Source: a virus
Virus record (IMG/VR): IMGVR_UViG_3300032087_004763
Span: 32,001 to 96,000 of that record
Length of the DNA stretch: 64,000 bases
Strand: one strand, 5' to 3'
Positions 1 through 8,869 of the stretch are shown here, one piece after another. The position numbers and the translations under genes are program-made. Positions within the stretch are counted from its first letter, which is position 1, and each line of letters begins with the position of its first letter. Under the pieces are notes generated by a model. It worked only from the letters and a program-made list of their open reading frames with translations, ran no database searches and had not been told where the DNA came from.

Positions 1-81
1 TGGAAATCTTATTACCTTTGAGCAAGCTTGGATCACCTCACCACATTCTTCCATGGTGATAGTCATTAGTTCATCTTTCAT
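1..81 (-). CDS. MazG-like NTP pyrophosphohydrolase, 5' part only (runs off window)
   Basis: Manual translation MKDELMTITMEECGEVIQACSKVIRFP; EExxE motif; ATGA overlap with gp41 stop. Confidence 0.6.
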   Translation of the reverse strand, partial: MKDELMTITMEECGEVIQACSKVIRFP

Positions 82-1463
82 AGTTTCCATCCGGATGTAT
101 CAGGTTTCTCATTATTACCAAATGTATTTAGCGGTCTATCAGGTATAGGATCATCATTCATTAGATCCTGTTGTGACTCTTCAATATCATATAAGCGCAT
201 CTTAGAACGGTCAATACCAATCAAGAACCGCTTGTAGTTAGTCGGGTCATTATATCTATTCTTCAGTTGCTTGACCATAATCTGACCGGCTTGCTCAAGC
301 TCCTCTGTTGATATCAGTGCAAACATAAGATCTGCTGTCGCTGGTAAGCCAAACGATTCTGATGTATCTTCAAGACCAACATCTGAGTTTGAATAGCCAG
401 ACCTTGTAGTCTGTGTAGCCGATACAATAGGAACATCAAACTCAACCGCAAGGCCACGGATCTCTTCCGCAATCGCTTTAATATAGTTATACGAGTTTAT
501 AGCACCGCCCATTCCCTTCATTCTTGAGCTAGAACAAATATTTAGGTAATCAATAAAGATGATGTCAGGGATAAACTCCTTCTTCAGCTTAAGCTCATTG
601 AGCAGACCACGGAAGTGACCACTATGTGCTTGACCGGTCGGATATTCTTTGATGATCAATTTACCAGTCGTCTTACGTGATATATCAGCGACCTTTGTTG
701 TGAACATATCCTTTGATAACTTGTCTAACTGATCGATAGCAACGTTCAACAAGTTAGCATCGATACGTTCTGCAATCCGTTCTTCTGCCATCTCCATCGT
801 GATATACAGAACATTTGATCCTTGTGTTAGAGAAGCAGCAGCCATATGGCACATGAACAGAGACTTACCAACACCAGTGCCTGCAAGAGCGATGTTAAGC
901 GTCTTAGTCGGCAAACCTCCTTTCGTAATTCGGTTGAAGTATTCAAGGTCGAAAGATAGGCGTTCTTCCTCAGTGTGATAAAATTCGTATCTTTGCTCTG
1001 CATTTTCCGTATAGTCATGACCTACGTTATTATCAAATCCTACACCAAGTGCTTTGCTCAATAGATCTGGCAATGCACCTTTTGTCAATGACTCATGCTT
1101 TCCATCAATGATGGAGATAGACTCCATGATCGCATTATGGATTGCACGGTCCTGACACCATTTCTCAGTTGTATCACTTAACCAGACCTCATCTACATTC
1201 TCGTTTGAAAACAAATGTGGAAGAATCTCTGATGCCATACGATACTGTTCATCAGATAATCTGTCAGCCTGGTCGATCTCAATCTGAAATGCTTCGGCAG
1301 TCGGTAGCTTATTATACTTTGCTACAAACTTACCTGCCTCTTTAAAAAGGATACGATAGATACCTTCAAAATAGTCAGGCTTAATAAAAGGTAAGACCTT
1401 ACGCATGAACTTCTCATCTGTAAGAAGATTACGTAAGATCGTTTGTTCAAGATTCGCTTGCAT
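78..1463 (-). CDS. gp41: Replicative DNA helicase (DnaB-like)
   Basis: Walker A AGTGVGKS, ITMEMAEE, IFIDYL, SESFGLPATAD, KNRY. Confidence 0.97.
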   Translation of the reverse strand: MQANLEQTILRNLLTDEKFMRKVLPFIKPDYFEGIYRILFKEAGKFVAKYNKLPTAEAFQIEIDQADRLSDEQYRMASEILPHLFSNENVDEVWLSDTTEKWCQDRAIHNAIMESISIIDGKHESLTKGALPDLLSKALGVGFDNNVGHDYTENAEQRYEFYHTEEERLSFDLEYFNRITKGGLPTKTLNIALAGTGVGKSLFMCHMAAASLTQGSNVLYITMEMAEERIAERIDANLLNVAIDQLDKLSKDMFTTKVADISRKTTGKLIIKEYPTGQAHSGHFRGLLNELKLKKEFIPDIIFIDYLNICSSSRMKGMGGAINSYNYIKAIAEEIRGLAVEFDVPIVSATQTTRSGYSNSDVGLEDTSESFGLPATADLMFALISTEELEQAGQIMVKQLKNRYNDPTNYKRFLIGIDRSKMRLYDIEESQQDLMNDDPIPDRPLNTFGNNEKPDTSGWKL

Positions 1464-1722
1464 CTTTTTCCATTGATTCTGTGATTATTACATATAATAT
1501 ATCTGAGACAACCTTTTGTAGCTCTTCGTTATCTACAGTTAGATTCTCATCAGGAGATGAAACAATATCAAAGTTAAATGATATATTTTCTGTTTCTTCT
1601 ATCAACTGGAGAACACCAAATTTTACAACTGTCTCAATAAAGTCACCTTTAAGGAATCGAATACCCCAAGTATCCAGGTCTTCCTCAATGGGAACTAACT
1701 CGTAGTCTTCATTCTCCTTCAT
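1447..1722 (-). CDS. Hypothetical acidic protein at the T4 gp40 position
   Basis: ORF between uvsX and 41; likely start MKENEDY; synteny only. Confidence 0.6.
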   Translation of the reverse strand: MKENEDYELVPIEEDLDTWGIRFLKGDFIETVVKFGVLQLIEETENISFNFDIVSSPDENLTVDNEELQKVVSDILYVIITESMEKDASES

Positions 1723-2740
1723 TGATAGCCTCACTTACGATTGAGTATTTTCTTTTGATGAAGTCTGCGAAATCTGTTTCTGCCAGGATGGGTTCCCAGA
1801 AGTCAGCAGTGAGCGTATCCCGTTCTCTCGACTTTGGATCCATAAGCTCCCCAGAGCTCCGGTCGACACGACAATACCAACCGTTAGAAGGCTTAGCAAC
1901 GTAGCCCCCATCCAGAGCAACATCAAGCAGGCCGCTCCAACGCTGAACGCCACCTTCCCAAGAAACTGATATAGGTAATTTAGATTTTTCTTTAACAAAC
2001 CTTGATTTCTCCACATTGATCACAAAGTGATAACCCTTGACCTCTGTTCCTTGCTTGTCCTGTTGACGTCCAATAATCCAGATATTATCTGCTGAATAGT
2101 AAACGCCTGTACCACCTGATACAATATCTTTCGGGAACAGTCCTTGTTCTTTATATGTATGATTAACAGCAACACACGGAATATCTTTCATTGTAAGATA
2201 CGGTGTAGTCATTCTGAACAATGACTTCAGCTGCTTTGCGCGTGACATATCAGCCACGGACTTTTCATTCATTGCATCTTCTAATTCTTTCTTCGAAGCA
2301 ATATTACCGATAGAATCGATAATCACAATGACCTTATCCTTCTTGTCAATGTTCTCAAGCTGATTGATTAGATCGAACTTAAGCTCTTCAATGTTCATGA
2401 CAGGAGTGTGAAGGACTCGACCTGTGTCGATACCATACGTTGTAAAATATGATTGAGGTGAGCCAAACTCTGAATCATAAAAGAGTAAGACTGCATCTTC
2501 ATATTTCTCTAGGTATGCCGAAGCCATGATGAGTGCAAAAGAAGTTTTAAAATGTTTTGACGGACCTGCAAGGACGGTAAGTCCTGGTGTCAGCCCCCCA
2601 TCAATTGATCCAGACAGAGCCACATTAATCATCGGCACTGGCGTAGGGATCATGTCCTTTTCGGTAAAGAACTTTGAATCAGCAAGAACAGAAGACTCTT
2701 TGATCTTCGAATTCTTTTTTAGTTTATCCATTATAGACAT
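1709..2740 (-). CDS. uvsX: RecA-like recombinase
   Basis: GPSKHFKT, FYDSEFG, DSIGN, VADMSRAKQLKSLFR. Confidence 0.97.
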   Translation of the reverse strand: MSIMDKLKKNSKIKESSVLADSKFFTEKDMIPTPVPMINVALSGSIDGGLTPGLTVLAGPSKHFKTSFALIMASAYLEKYEDAVLLFYDSEFGSPQSYFTTYGIDTGRVLHTPVMNIEELKFDLINQLENIDKKDKVIVIIDSIGNIASKKELEDAMNEKSVADMSRAKQLKSLFRMTTPYLTMKDIPCVAVNHTYKEQGLFPKDIVSGGTGVYYSADNIWIIGRQQDKQGTEVKGYHFVINVEKSRFVKEKSKLPISVSWEGGVQRWSGLLDVALDGGYVAKPSNGWYCRVDRSSGELMDPKSRERDTLTADFWEPILAETDFADFIKRKYSIVSEAINEGE

Positions 2741-2904
2741 TAATTATTCACCCTTGTAATTACGACCCGATCGCTTTGAGTGATTCTTTTATCTTCAATA
2801 CGTCGGTCGAGAGCTTCCTTAGAATACACGGTATAGTGTTTTCCATTTTCTTTAAATACGCAATACGCTGTATCTGACCTTAAAGGCACGTTTCTTTTAG
2901 GCAT
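2740..2904 (-). CDS. Small hypothetical protein (~54 aa; not in ORF track)
   Basis: MPKRNVPLRSDTAYCVFKENGKHYTVYS...; AAGGAG SD; directly downstream of an early-type promoter; TAATG coupling to uvsX. Confidence 0.65.
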   Translation of the reverse strand: MPKRNVPLRSDTAYCVFKENGKHYTVYSKEALDRRIEDKRITQSDRVVITRVNN

Positions 2905-2927
2905 AGACATCTCCTTGTGGTTTGTCT

Positions 2928-2957
2928 ATTATACCATAAATTCATCCAAGAGTACAC
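2928..2957 (-). promoter_or_regulatory. Early-type sigma70 promoter
   Basis: GTGTACT-N17-TATAAT, same pattern as six other sites. Confidence 0.75.
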
Positions 2958-3969
2958 CGTTATTTGTTGGTTCACCTTGACGTTGTTCCCATCCGGATAC
3001 CCAACCAGAATTATTCGTAATCGTCGATGGTACGTGGTCGAATGTATCATCAGACCGTGGTACATAATTCTGACCAAACCGAACAAAGTCACACATCACG
3101 TCCTCATTATCTCTTGGTGCTCCACCCATGCGTTCACATAGAATATCCATGAACTCGTCAGTGGTATAACCACTTGATAGTATCTTCATACACCGGACTG
3201 CGTTGTTACCAAAATATCCATGAGACATATCATCAACTAGATCCTTGTGATAGTCTCCTAGATCATACGAAAATGCAGCATAGACAAAGTTAAATCGTTT
3301 GTGACCTTGTTCTATATTGTACTCATTCAAATAATCTACGACTTCTTTGTGAGTCTTTTTCTGACCTGTGTGTAGCCAATCAATCAGACGATCAAGTAGA
3401 CTCGGTAACTCCTCGGTCAGATAATCGATGACACTGACTCCCTTACGTGGTGAAGGTGGTTGGTTACCAATCGACGTGAACGTAGCGATCTTATTTTCTT
3501 TACGGTACTTGAGATCTGCAATCATTTGATCGATAGAATCCATAATACCCCATCGATAAACACAATTGTTTCGATATCCGTGATCGCGTGTGAAAGAAGC
3601 GCCAGAGCCTGTGGCTCGGTGTGACATATAAGCAAACAACCAGGTCTTGAGATCCCATTTATCTGTGATGTAACTATCTACTAGATCAACATGTTTTTGA
3701 CCAAGAGAGATATTCTTCAGTTGATGGTGTCTCTTTGGTGTGTCGCTTCGGTACTTGAGGTCTTGCAATACGTTCGAGAATCCTGCTGCATTTCTTGTAT
3801 AGCAATCATATATATCAATGTACTGCATCAAATCGTCATTTATTTGTCGATTAGATTCTTCTCCGACGTAAGGAATTTTACCCCAGTTACAATTTAGCTG
3901 CAGCCATTTTGCTCTGGGGTAATAGTAGTTTGTCAGAATGTCAATTGCTTCTTCGTTGATCCACTTCAT
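2929..3969 (-). CDS. Amino acid:DNA transferase-like protein (aGPT-pyrophosphorylase clade 1-like, HhH-glycosylase fold)
   Basis: Ordered motifs DDLMQYIDIYDCYTR, FVYAAFSYDLGDY, FGNNAVRC and DNEDVMCDFVRF resemble family consensus as recalled (DPIL..YxFxNVxR, FxAxQxxxDL, GPGA, DxExxLCExxKY); cluster context. Confidence 0.6.
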   Translation of the reverse strand: MKWINEEAIDILTNYYYPRAKWLQLNCNWGKIPYVGEESNRQINDDLMQYIDIYDCYTRNAAGFSNVLQDLKYRSDTPKRHHQLKNISLGQKHVDLVDSYITDKWDLKTWLFAYMSHRATGSGASFTRDHGYRNNCVYRWGIMDSIDQMIADLKYRKENKIATFTSIGNQPPSPRKGVSVIDYLTEELPSLLDRLIDWLHTGQKKTHKEVVDYLNEYNIEQGHKRFNFVYAAFSYDLGDYHKDLVDDMSHGYFGNNAVRCMKILSSGYTTDEFMDILCERMGGAPRDNEDVMCDFVRFGQNYVPRSDDTFDHVPSTITNNSGWVSGWEQRQGEPTNNGVLLDEFMV

Positions 3970-4568
3970 GATACCAATACAATTTTACAAATGTGCTCTA
4001 GTCGTTCAATGTGTTCATATGCCCTCCACGGAGTTTCATCAATAGCAACGACTCCATGACCCTTAATACCTACAATATCAAACTGAATTTTCCCTTTCGA
4101 ATCTAATTTAAGATTCTCGTGACAGGCATTACCAAGTTCGTTACTTGTAGGTGGAACATCAGGCGTGCTCTCGGCAACTCGAGTATACCTACCTAGCTCA
4201 GGAAAATAGTTGACGAGGTGGTGAAGATCTAATCCACGATGCATTGCAGCAACCGTATATGTCGGATGTAGATGTACTACAACACGCGTCTCTATATTGT
4301 GCGGTAGAGTCTTTTGTAATCCGAAATGTAATGGCAACTCGCCGCTCGGATAAAGGTTCGTGCTTATCTCCGTATACTCTAGTGCTTTACCTGTCTTACT
4401 ATCAATCTTCTTCCACATATTTGGCTGCAGATCAGGTTTGCGAATACCGCTAGGTGTAATCCAAAAATGACCTCGGTCATGATGAGCGATACTAATATTA
4501 CCATCACGAACAGTGATGAAGTTTGCATCGTAGGCACGACGCATTAGGTCTGAACAAGTCTCTAACAT
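3966..4568 (-). CDS. Class II aldolase/adducin-family metalloenzyme
   Basis: GNIS, ITPSG, PSGELPLH, VVHLHP, GHGVVA, IERLEH. Confidence 0.9.
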   Translation of the reverse strand: MLETCSDLMRRAYDANFITVRDGNISIAHHDRGHFWITPSGIRKPDLQPNMWKKIDSKTGKALEYTEISTNLYPSGELPLHFGLQKTLPHNIETRVVVHLHPTYTVAAMHRGLDLHHLVNYFPELGRYTRVAESTPDVPPTSNELGNACHENLKLDSKGKIQFDIVGIKGHGVVAIDETPWRAYEHIERLEHICKIVLVS

Positions 4569-5449
4569 TTCTTTTTCCAGTCTCTGTATGAGTCTATCTC
4601 GTCGTAGATAGATTCGTTAATTAACTCTGGTTCCTTTCCGACGTTCCAGAACAAAATATCTCTTCCTGAGTTCTTAGGTATATACTTCCACACCTTACCG
4701 TCATACGTGTCGATGTTTGGAAATGGTGGGAGGTTATCTGTTTTCTCTGACGCAGTGAATGCAAGTGGTTCTGATATTGGGGTTGCGATACCAAGCTCAC
4801 CCGCTTTCATATTCCGTGACACACAAACAGATGTAAACTTAGCGTTTGGCCAAGCAATCTGAAGCGCCCGTGTGAGCACGCCCGTGGACGTGGCAGTATA
4901 TACTTCGTTAGGCTCAGTTATAGTTGATGCAGTTTTCACAATACCTGCAGTCACCTTCTCATGCTTTAAACCAAGCGGAACGAAGAAAGCATTTGGCCTC
5001 TCGTCGGCCCACTTCTTTGCAAGTAGATTCAGATTCGGCATTGCAGCAATACGGTGGAATGAATAGTCACACCCTCGTTCAATACAGCAAGCCTGATGAT
5101 GTGATATCCTTCTTGACGAAGGCATGAACAGCATTACCTTCTTGTTATGTCGCTTTGCTACGTCAAGGAGCGAAACGCCAGCAAGACCAGTACGAGGCTG
5201 AACATAAACAATGGTATCGATACTATCAGGGAGCGAGGAAATGAGGCAGTCACCCCCGCGTACCTTAGACCCCACCAAGTAATCATCCCGGACAACCCTA
5301 ATGCCATCATGAGTGGTAACAACAGGTTCACCATAAGGGTCGGTCCAATCTCGAGCAAGACTAAAGTAGTAATCTCTTGCATCATCTGTTGTGTATAAGG
5401 GTCCGATGTCTTTGTTGATTCCGTCAATAACATGATTATTATGCGCCAA
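4562..5449 (-). CDS. PLP-dependent enzyme, fold type II
   Basis: VVRDD...GSKVR (PLP lysine), ATSTG phosphate loop, YDGKVW, LFWNVG. Confidence 0.8.
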   Translation of the reverse strand: MAHNNHVIDGINKDIGPLYTTDDARDYYFSLARDWTDPYGEPVVTTHDGIRVVRDDYLVGSKVRGGDCLISSLPDSIDTIVYVQPRTGLAGVSLLDVAKRHNKKVMLFMPSSRRISHHQACCIERGCDYSFHRIAAMPNLNLLAKKWADERPNAFFVPLGLKHEKVTAGIVKTASTITEPNEVYTATSTGVLTRALQIAWPNAKFTSVCVSRNMKAGELGIATPISEPLAFTASEKTDNLPPFPNIDTYDGKVWKYIPKNSGRDILFWNVGKEPELINESIYDEIDSYRDWKKKC

Positions 5450-6401
5450 GTGGTGATACTCCCCAATCGTTTCTGCGATAGAACGGAGGAGCTATGTGAA
5501 AACTAGATCCAAATTCCATGTATGTCTTAGCGTATTTCTCGCCGTCCATAGTGTACCATTCTTTCGGAGGTTGAATAACTTTATCAGTACGTTTATATAG
5601 CTCATTGATAAACATGTCCGTGAGCTCACGCCTTTCCGTGAATGTACCATAGAATGGAGTACCTTTATAGAAGCCAGACTTTGGTATCTTGCGATCTTCA
5701 TATTCAACTGGAACAGGTGCACAATACCATACATCCTCTGCTAAATCATTTCCTTGTTCTACATACTTTGCCACAAGGTCTTCAATGCCAGGATTATCTC
5801 GTCGTAGTAAATGATGCCTAATGTCAATAGAACCAAAGCATAGACTGACTCGACCTTTCGGAGTAGTTCCTCTGAGGAAGGATCCAAGTCCTGCTTTGAT
5901 TGCTCCAAAGAGAGTTTTACCATCGTTACGATACACCCGATCAGTGCTGCTACTAAAAGCGATGGTATGAGAATCTCCCACCATGATATCGTCATAATTT
6001 AAATCCTGCTGTTTTAGTGATGAAATGTGTTTACACCTTTGAGATACCTGATCACACCATTGTTCAGTTATCCCTTCATAAGTTGTCTTTGCCCCAATCC
6101 TCTTCTTGAGCATTGCGCCATAGTCTGGCATGTCCCAGTCTAACGATACAACATGCGAGTGAGAACAGATTAGATTAATTCTATCGTAAATCTCTTTCGT
6201 AGCACCACCAAATAGATTCAGTGTACCACCAAAGTTTGCACCATGATCGATATAGACTATTCCTGATCTAAGAATATTCGGATCGCATTTGCTGTCAATT
6301 GATGCGTCTAACTGACGACACCACGTTTTAGCCCAACCTAAAACATGAGATTTTGGATTGACAGGAATATTTGATATAGGGTTAGTTACAACGCTCAACA
6401 T
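5439..6401 (-). CDS. Two-domain protein with C-terminal SGNH/GDSL-like acylhydrolase/acyltransferase domain
   Basis: Block I VGDSH, block II G, block III FGSIDIR, block V SFHI. Confidence 0.55.
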   Translation of the reverse strand: MLSVVTNPISNIPVNPKSHVLGWAKTWCRQLDASIDSKCDPNILRSGIVYIDHGANFGGTLNLFGGATKEIYDRINLICSHSHVVSLDWDMPDYGAMLKKRIGAKTTYEGITEQWCDQVSQRCKHISSLKQQDLNYDDIMVGDSHTIAFSSSTDRVYRNDGKTLFGAIKAGLGSFLRGTTPKGRVSLCFGSIDIRHHLLRRDNPGIEDLVAKYVEQGNDLAEDVWYCAPVPVEYEDRKIPKSGFYKGTPFYGTFTERRELTDMFINELYKRTDKVIQPPKEWYTMDGEKYAKTYMEFGSSFHIAPPFYRRNDWGVSPLGA

Positions 6402-6759
6402 AATCTTTCAACTCGCTTAGCATCTGTCTCTCATACTCTGAATCATTGAGTTGCCGGTTCAGAGGAGAAGGATGCGGCATTTTAAAACTATTAAATCCAA
6501 GTCTCTTCAATGTGTTATACACCTGAGATCCAAGTGCTACTATTATATCACGATCTGATAGCATTTGTACAATCATTTTTTTATCAATAGATTTATACTT
6601 GAAGTCCCATTCAGGATCATCTGATAGATTCATGAATGAGAAGATCGGAAGGTTAATCTGTTCAGCCCAGGAGTATAACCTACGAAGTGCGGGACCTTGT
6701 TTGGTCCCGCTTACTTTCGAAGGATTTAATCCTACTATGACAATGTTTTTTCGCTCCAT
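6382..6759 (-). CDS. Minimal uracil-DNA glycosylase-superfamily protein
   Basis: IVIVGLNPS, IVALG, MPHPSPLN. Confidence 0.8.
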   Translation of the reverse strand: MERKNIVIVGLNPSKVSGTKQGPALRRLYSWAEQINLPIFSFMNLSDDPEWDFKYKSIDKKMIVQMLSDRDIIVALGSQVYNTLKRLGFNSFKMPHPSPLNRQLNDSEYERQMLSELKDYVERCN

Positions 6760-6965
6760 GCGTGGTTCACTTCTAATTGTTTCACTCTTTCAGTTAGTTG
6801 GTCTATCTGCATCACTAAGTCCTCAATTGATGTTTGGGATTGTTTTTGTTTTTCTCCTTTTTTAAAGATCGTGTCTAATACCGACGAATTCGAACTGTAT
6901 ACTAGCTTCATTGAACATCTCCTGAGTTTTACGCCATGAGTCTTGCCACGAGTCTGGTATCTCAA
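6735..6965 (-). CDS. Possible small coiled-coil hypothetical protein (start uncertain)
   Basis: Fills gap between cd and the UDG-like gene; overlaps cd. Confidence 0.3.
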   Translation of the reverse strand: MRYQTRGKTHGVKLRRCSMKLVYSSNSSVLDTIFKKGEKQKQSQTSIEDLVMQIDQLTERVKQLEVNHAWSEKTLS

Positions 6966-7317
6966 TGTCTTTCATTACAACTCTTCTGACACCGACTTGA
7001 ATAATACCCTTTGCGCATTCTGAACATACCGGTAATCCCGTCACATACATCGTTGCACCATCAAGAGATACACCGTTGTATGTTGCATTGAATATAACAT
7101 TCATTTCGGCGTGGACTACCAGCTCATATTTCCTCTGACGATTGTAGTATCTGCTGTGAGAATCATCAATCCCACGAGGAAATCCGTTGTAGCCTTGGGC
7201 CAGAACCTGGCCTTTGGCTCCGATCGCCACGGCACCAACTTTCCGTGACGGGTCTTTCGACCAGCTAGCTACTTCTTCTGCTAGCTTTAAAAATCTTTGA
7301 TCCCACTTATACGACAA
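6862..7317 (-). CDS. cd: dCMP deaminase
   Basis: SKDPS, GYNGFPRG, HAEMN, PVCSEC; likely TTG start (MSYKWDQRF). Confidence 0.95.
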   Translation of the reverse strand: MSYKWDQRFLKLAEEVASWSKDPSRKVGAVAIGAKGQVLAQGYNGFPRGIDDSHSRYYNRQRKYELVVHAEMNVIFNATYNGVSLDGATMYVTGLPVCSECAKGIIQVGVRRVVMKDIEIPDSWQDSWRKTQEMFNEASIQFEFVGIRHDL

Positions 7318-7984
7318 GGTGGAAATGCCTCTCATAAACATGGAGGTTTTGTACCTGCCATATAATATTACCTGGACGAAGATCCTGACAAGTTGATGCA
7401 TTGACATCAGTTGTAAGTCTATCTTGCACAAATCGTTGCCAAGCATAATCGTTCTTATAGCCAAAGACTACGTCATTAGAACGCATTTGTACTACGGCAT
7501 GGAGATAATCGTCTCGGATGTAATAAGTGACGGAGTTTGTGCAGATAAAATCATTCTTACCATTTTCTGAGTATTCGATCCAGATGGATGGCCGAGTGTA
7601 GATCATAGAAGCTCTTCGGCCATCAGAACTATTTATCAATTCTTGTAACACCATCTCGTACTGTCCATGATATAATGGATCAAAAATAAGATGACCATAG
7701 TTAGAGTTGATATTACCCCACTCGTCTGAACAATATTGCCATGCTTGTGGAGGTTCACGTGTACCACCATAGATGTCATGGATATTTGTAGATCCGCTCA
7801 GGTACCACTCAATCTCTGCATTCACATACTCTTGATTCACTTCACCAAAGATAGCAGGTTCGTCAGCTTGAAATGATGCACCGATCATCTCAATTGTTTT
7901 CTGACCGGTCCTATCAATAGTAAACTCTTCTGCAGCCAACTTATCAATAAAGTCGGCACGGATATCATTGACCTTCAGCATCAC
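7307..7984 (-). CDS. gp42: dCMP hydroxymethylase-like thymidylate-synthase homologue
   Basis: INSNYG, DFICTN, MRSNDVVFGYKNDYAWQ; Asp at the substrate-specificity position as in T4 gp42 (D179), not Asn. Confidence 0.88.
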   Translation of the reverse strand: MMLKVNDIRADFIDKLAAEEFTIDRTGQKTIEMIGASFQADEPAIFGEVNQEYVNAEIEWYLSGSTNIHDIYGGTREPPQAWQYCSDEWGNINSNYGHLIFDPLYHGQYEMVLQELINSSDGRRASMIYTRPSIWIEYSENGKNDFICTNSVTYYIRDDYLHAVVQMRSNDVVFGYKNDYAWQRFVQDRLTTDVNASTCQDLRPGNIIWQVQNLHVYERHFHLVV

Positions 7985-8333
7985 GGATCTCTTTCACAGT
8001 TGATGGTTTTTTACGATTGAGGAAGTCACGATCTGGATCTTGGCCGTCGATCTTACCACGAGAGTAGGCGACAGCAAACGAGGAATAGTTGATCAGATCT
8101 TTGAGTGAATCCTCGATTGATTCAAAGTTTGGTTTGTAGCTTGGATCATTCTCCATAGCTTCAAGTACTGACCACAGACGGATTGTCTTAGTATTGATCA
8201 GTTCCATAATTGACAAAATGCCACGCGGATAGTAATCTGCTTGGCGGATACGAGAGTTTTCATTCTGATAGTCTCGAGACTTTTTGTCTTGGATCTCTGC
8301 ACATTCTTGCAGGACTTTAATTGATTCACGCAT
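7965..8333 (-). CDS. Nucleotide-modification-associated domain 1 (DUF1599-like) protein
   Basis: KKSRDY, KTIRL, ESIEDSLKDLINYS. Confidence 0.7.
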   Translation of the reverse strand: MRESIKVLQECAEIQDKKSRDYQNENSRIRQADYYPRGILSIMELINTKTIRLWSVLEAMENDPSYKPNFESIEDSLKDLINYSSFAVAYSRGKIDGQDPDRDFLNRKKPSTVKEIRDAEGQ

Positions 8334-8337
8334 ATAA

Positions 8338-8808
8338 TTATCCAATTTGATTACAGAAAGGAAGTTCATTATTAACACATTCAGCAAGATACTGGTGTGT
8401 TAATCGTTTTTCGGTATTTTGATGAGTTGTCACTTCTTCAGTGATTTCATTACCTGTTAAAGGACATTTGAATTTAATAATTTCTCTAGGACAGCAAACT
8501 GCATATACATCGATCTTAGATTCATCAATTAAATCCATTACGTCCATAATACGTTTATTAGTCATATCTCCATAAGGACCACGACCTTGTTGATATGTAT
8601 TAATACGACCAGCAAATCCTAATTTACCGCCGGCTTTGCCAATTTTCATAAGTTTATTATCAACGTACATAAAATAAACAATATCACCAAGAGCAATAAT
8701 GTCTTTACGACGTAGATTTTCTTTACGGACAAAAGGCATTTGATCTCCGTCGATTTTAAAATATCCTAGATACTGTGATTTTTCACTAATCATTTGTTCA
8801 ATGTTCAT
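8338..8808 (-). CDS. denA: GIY-YIG nuclease, T4 endonuclease II (DenA)-like
   Basis: IVYFMYVDNKLMKIGKA, RINTY, SKIDVYA, E...PFCNQ parallel EndoII motifs; AT-rich. Confidence 0.6.
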   Translation of the reverse strand: MNIEQMISEKSQYLGYFKIDGDQMPFVRKENLRRKDIIALGDIVYFMYVDNKLMKIGKAGGKLGFAGRINTYQQGRGPYGDMTNKRIMDVMDLIDESKIDVYAVCCPREIIKFKCPLTGNEITEEVTTHQNTEKRLTHQYLAECVNNELPFCNQIG

Positions 8809-8834
8809 AATATGTTCTCCTCAATCTTTGTACC

Positions 8835-8863
8835 ATTATACCAAGATTTCTGGAAATGTACAT
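8835..8863 (-). promoter_or_regulatory. Early-type promoter for the modification operon
   Basis: TGTACA-N16-TATAAT followed by GAGGAG SD. Confidence 0.75.
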
Positions 8864-8869
8864 CTTTTT

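Noticed and set aside
7307-7984. Ordinary thymidylate synthase or dUMP hydroxymethylase call
   Set aside because: Has Asp rather than Asn at the specificity position and closely follows T4 gp42 motifs.
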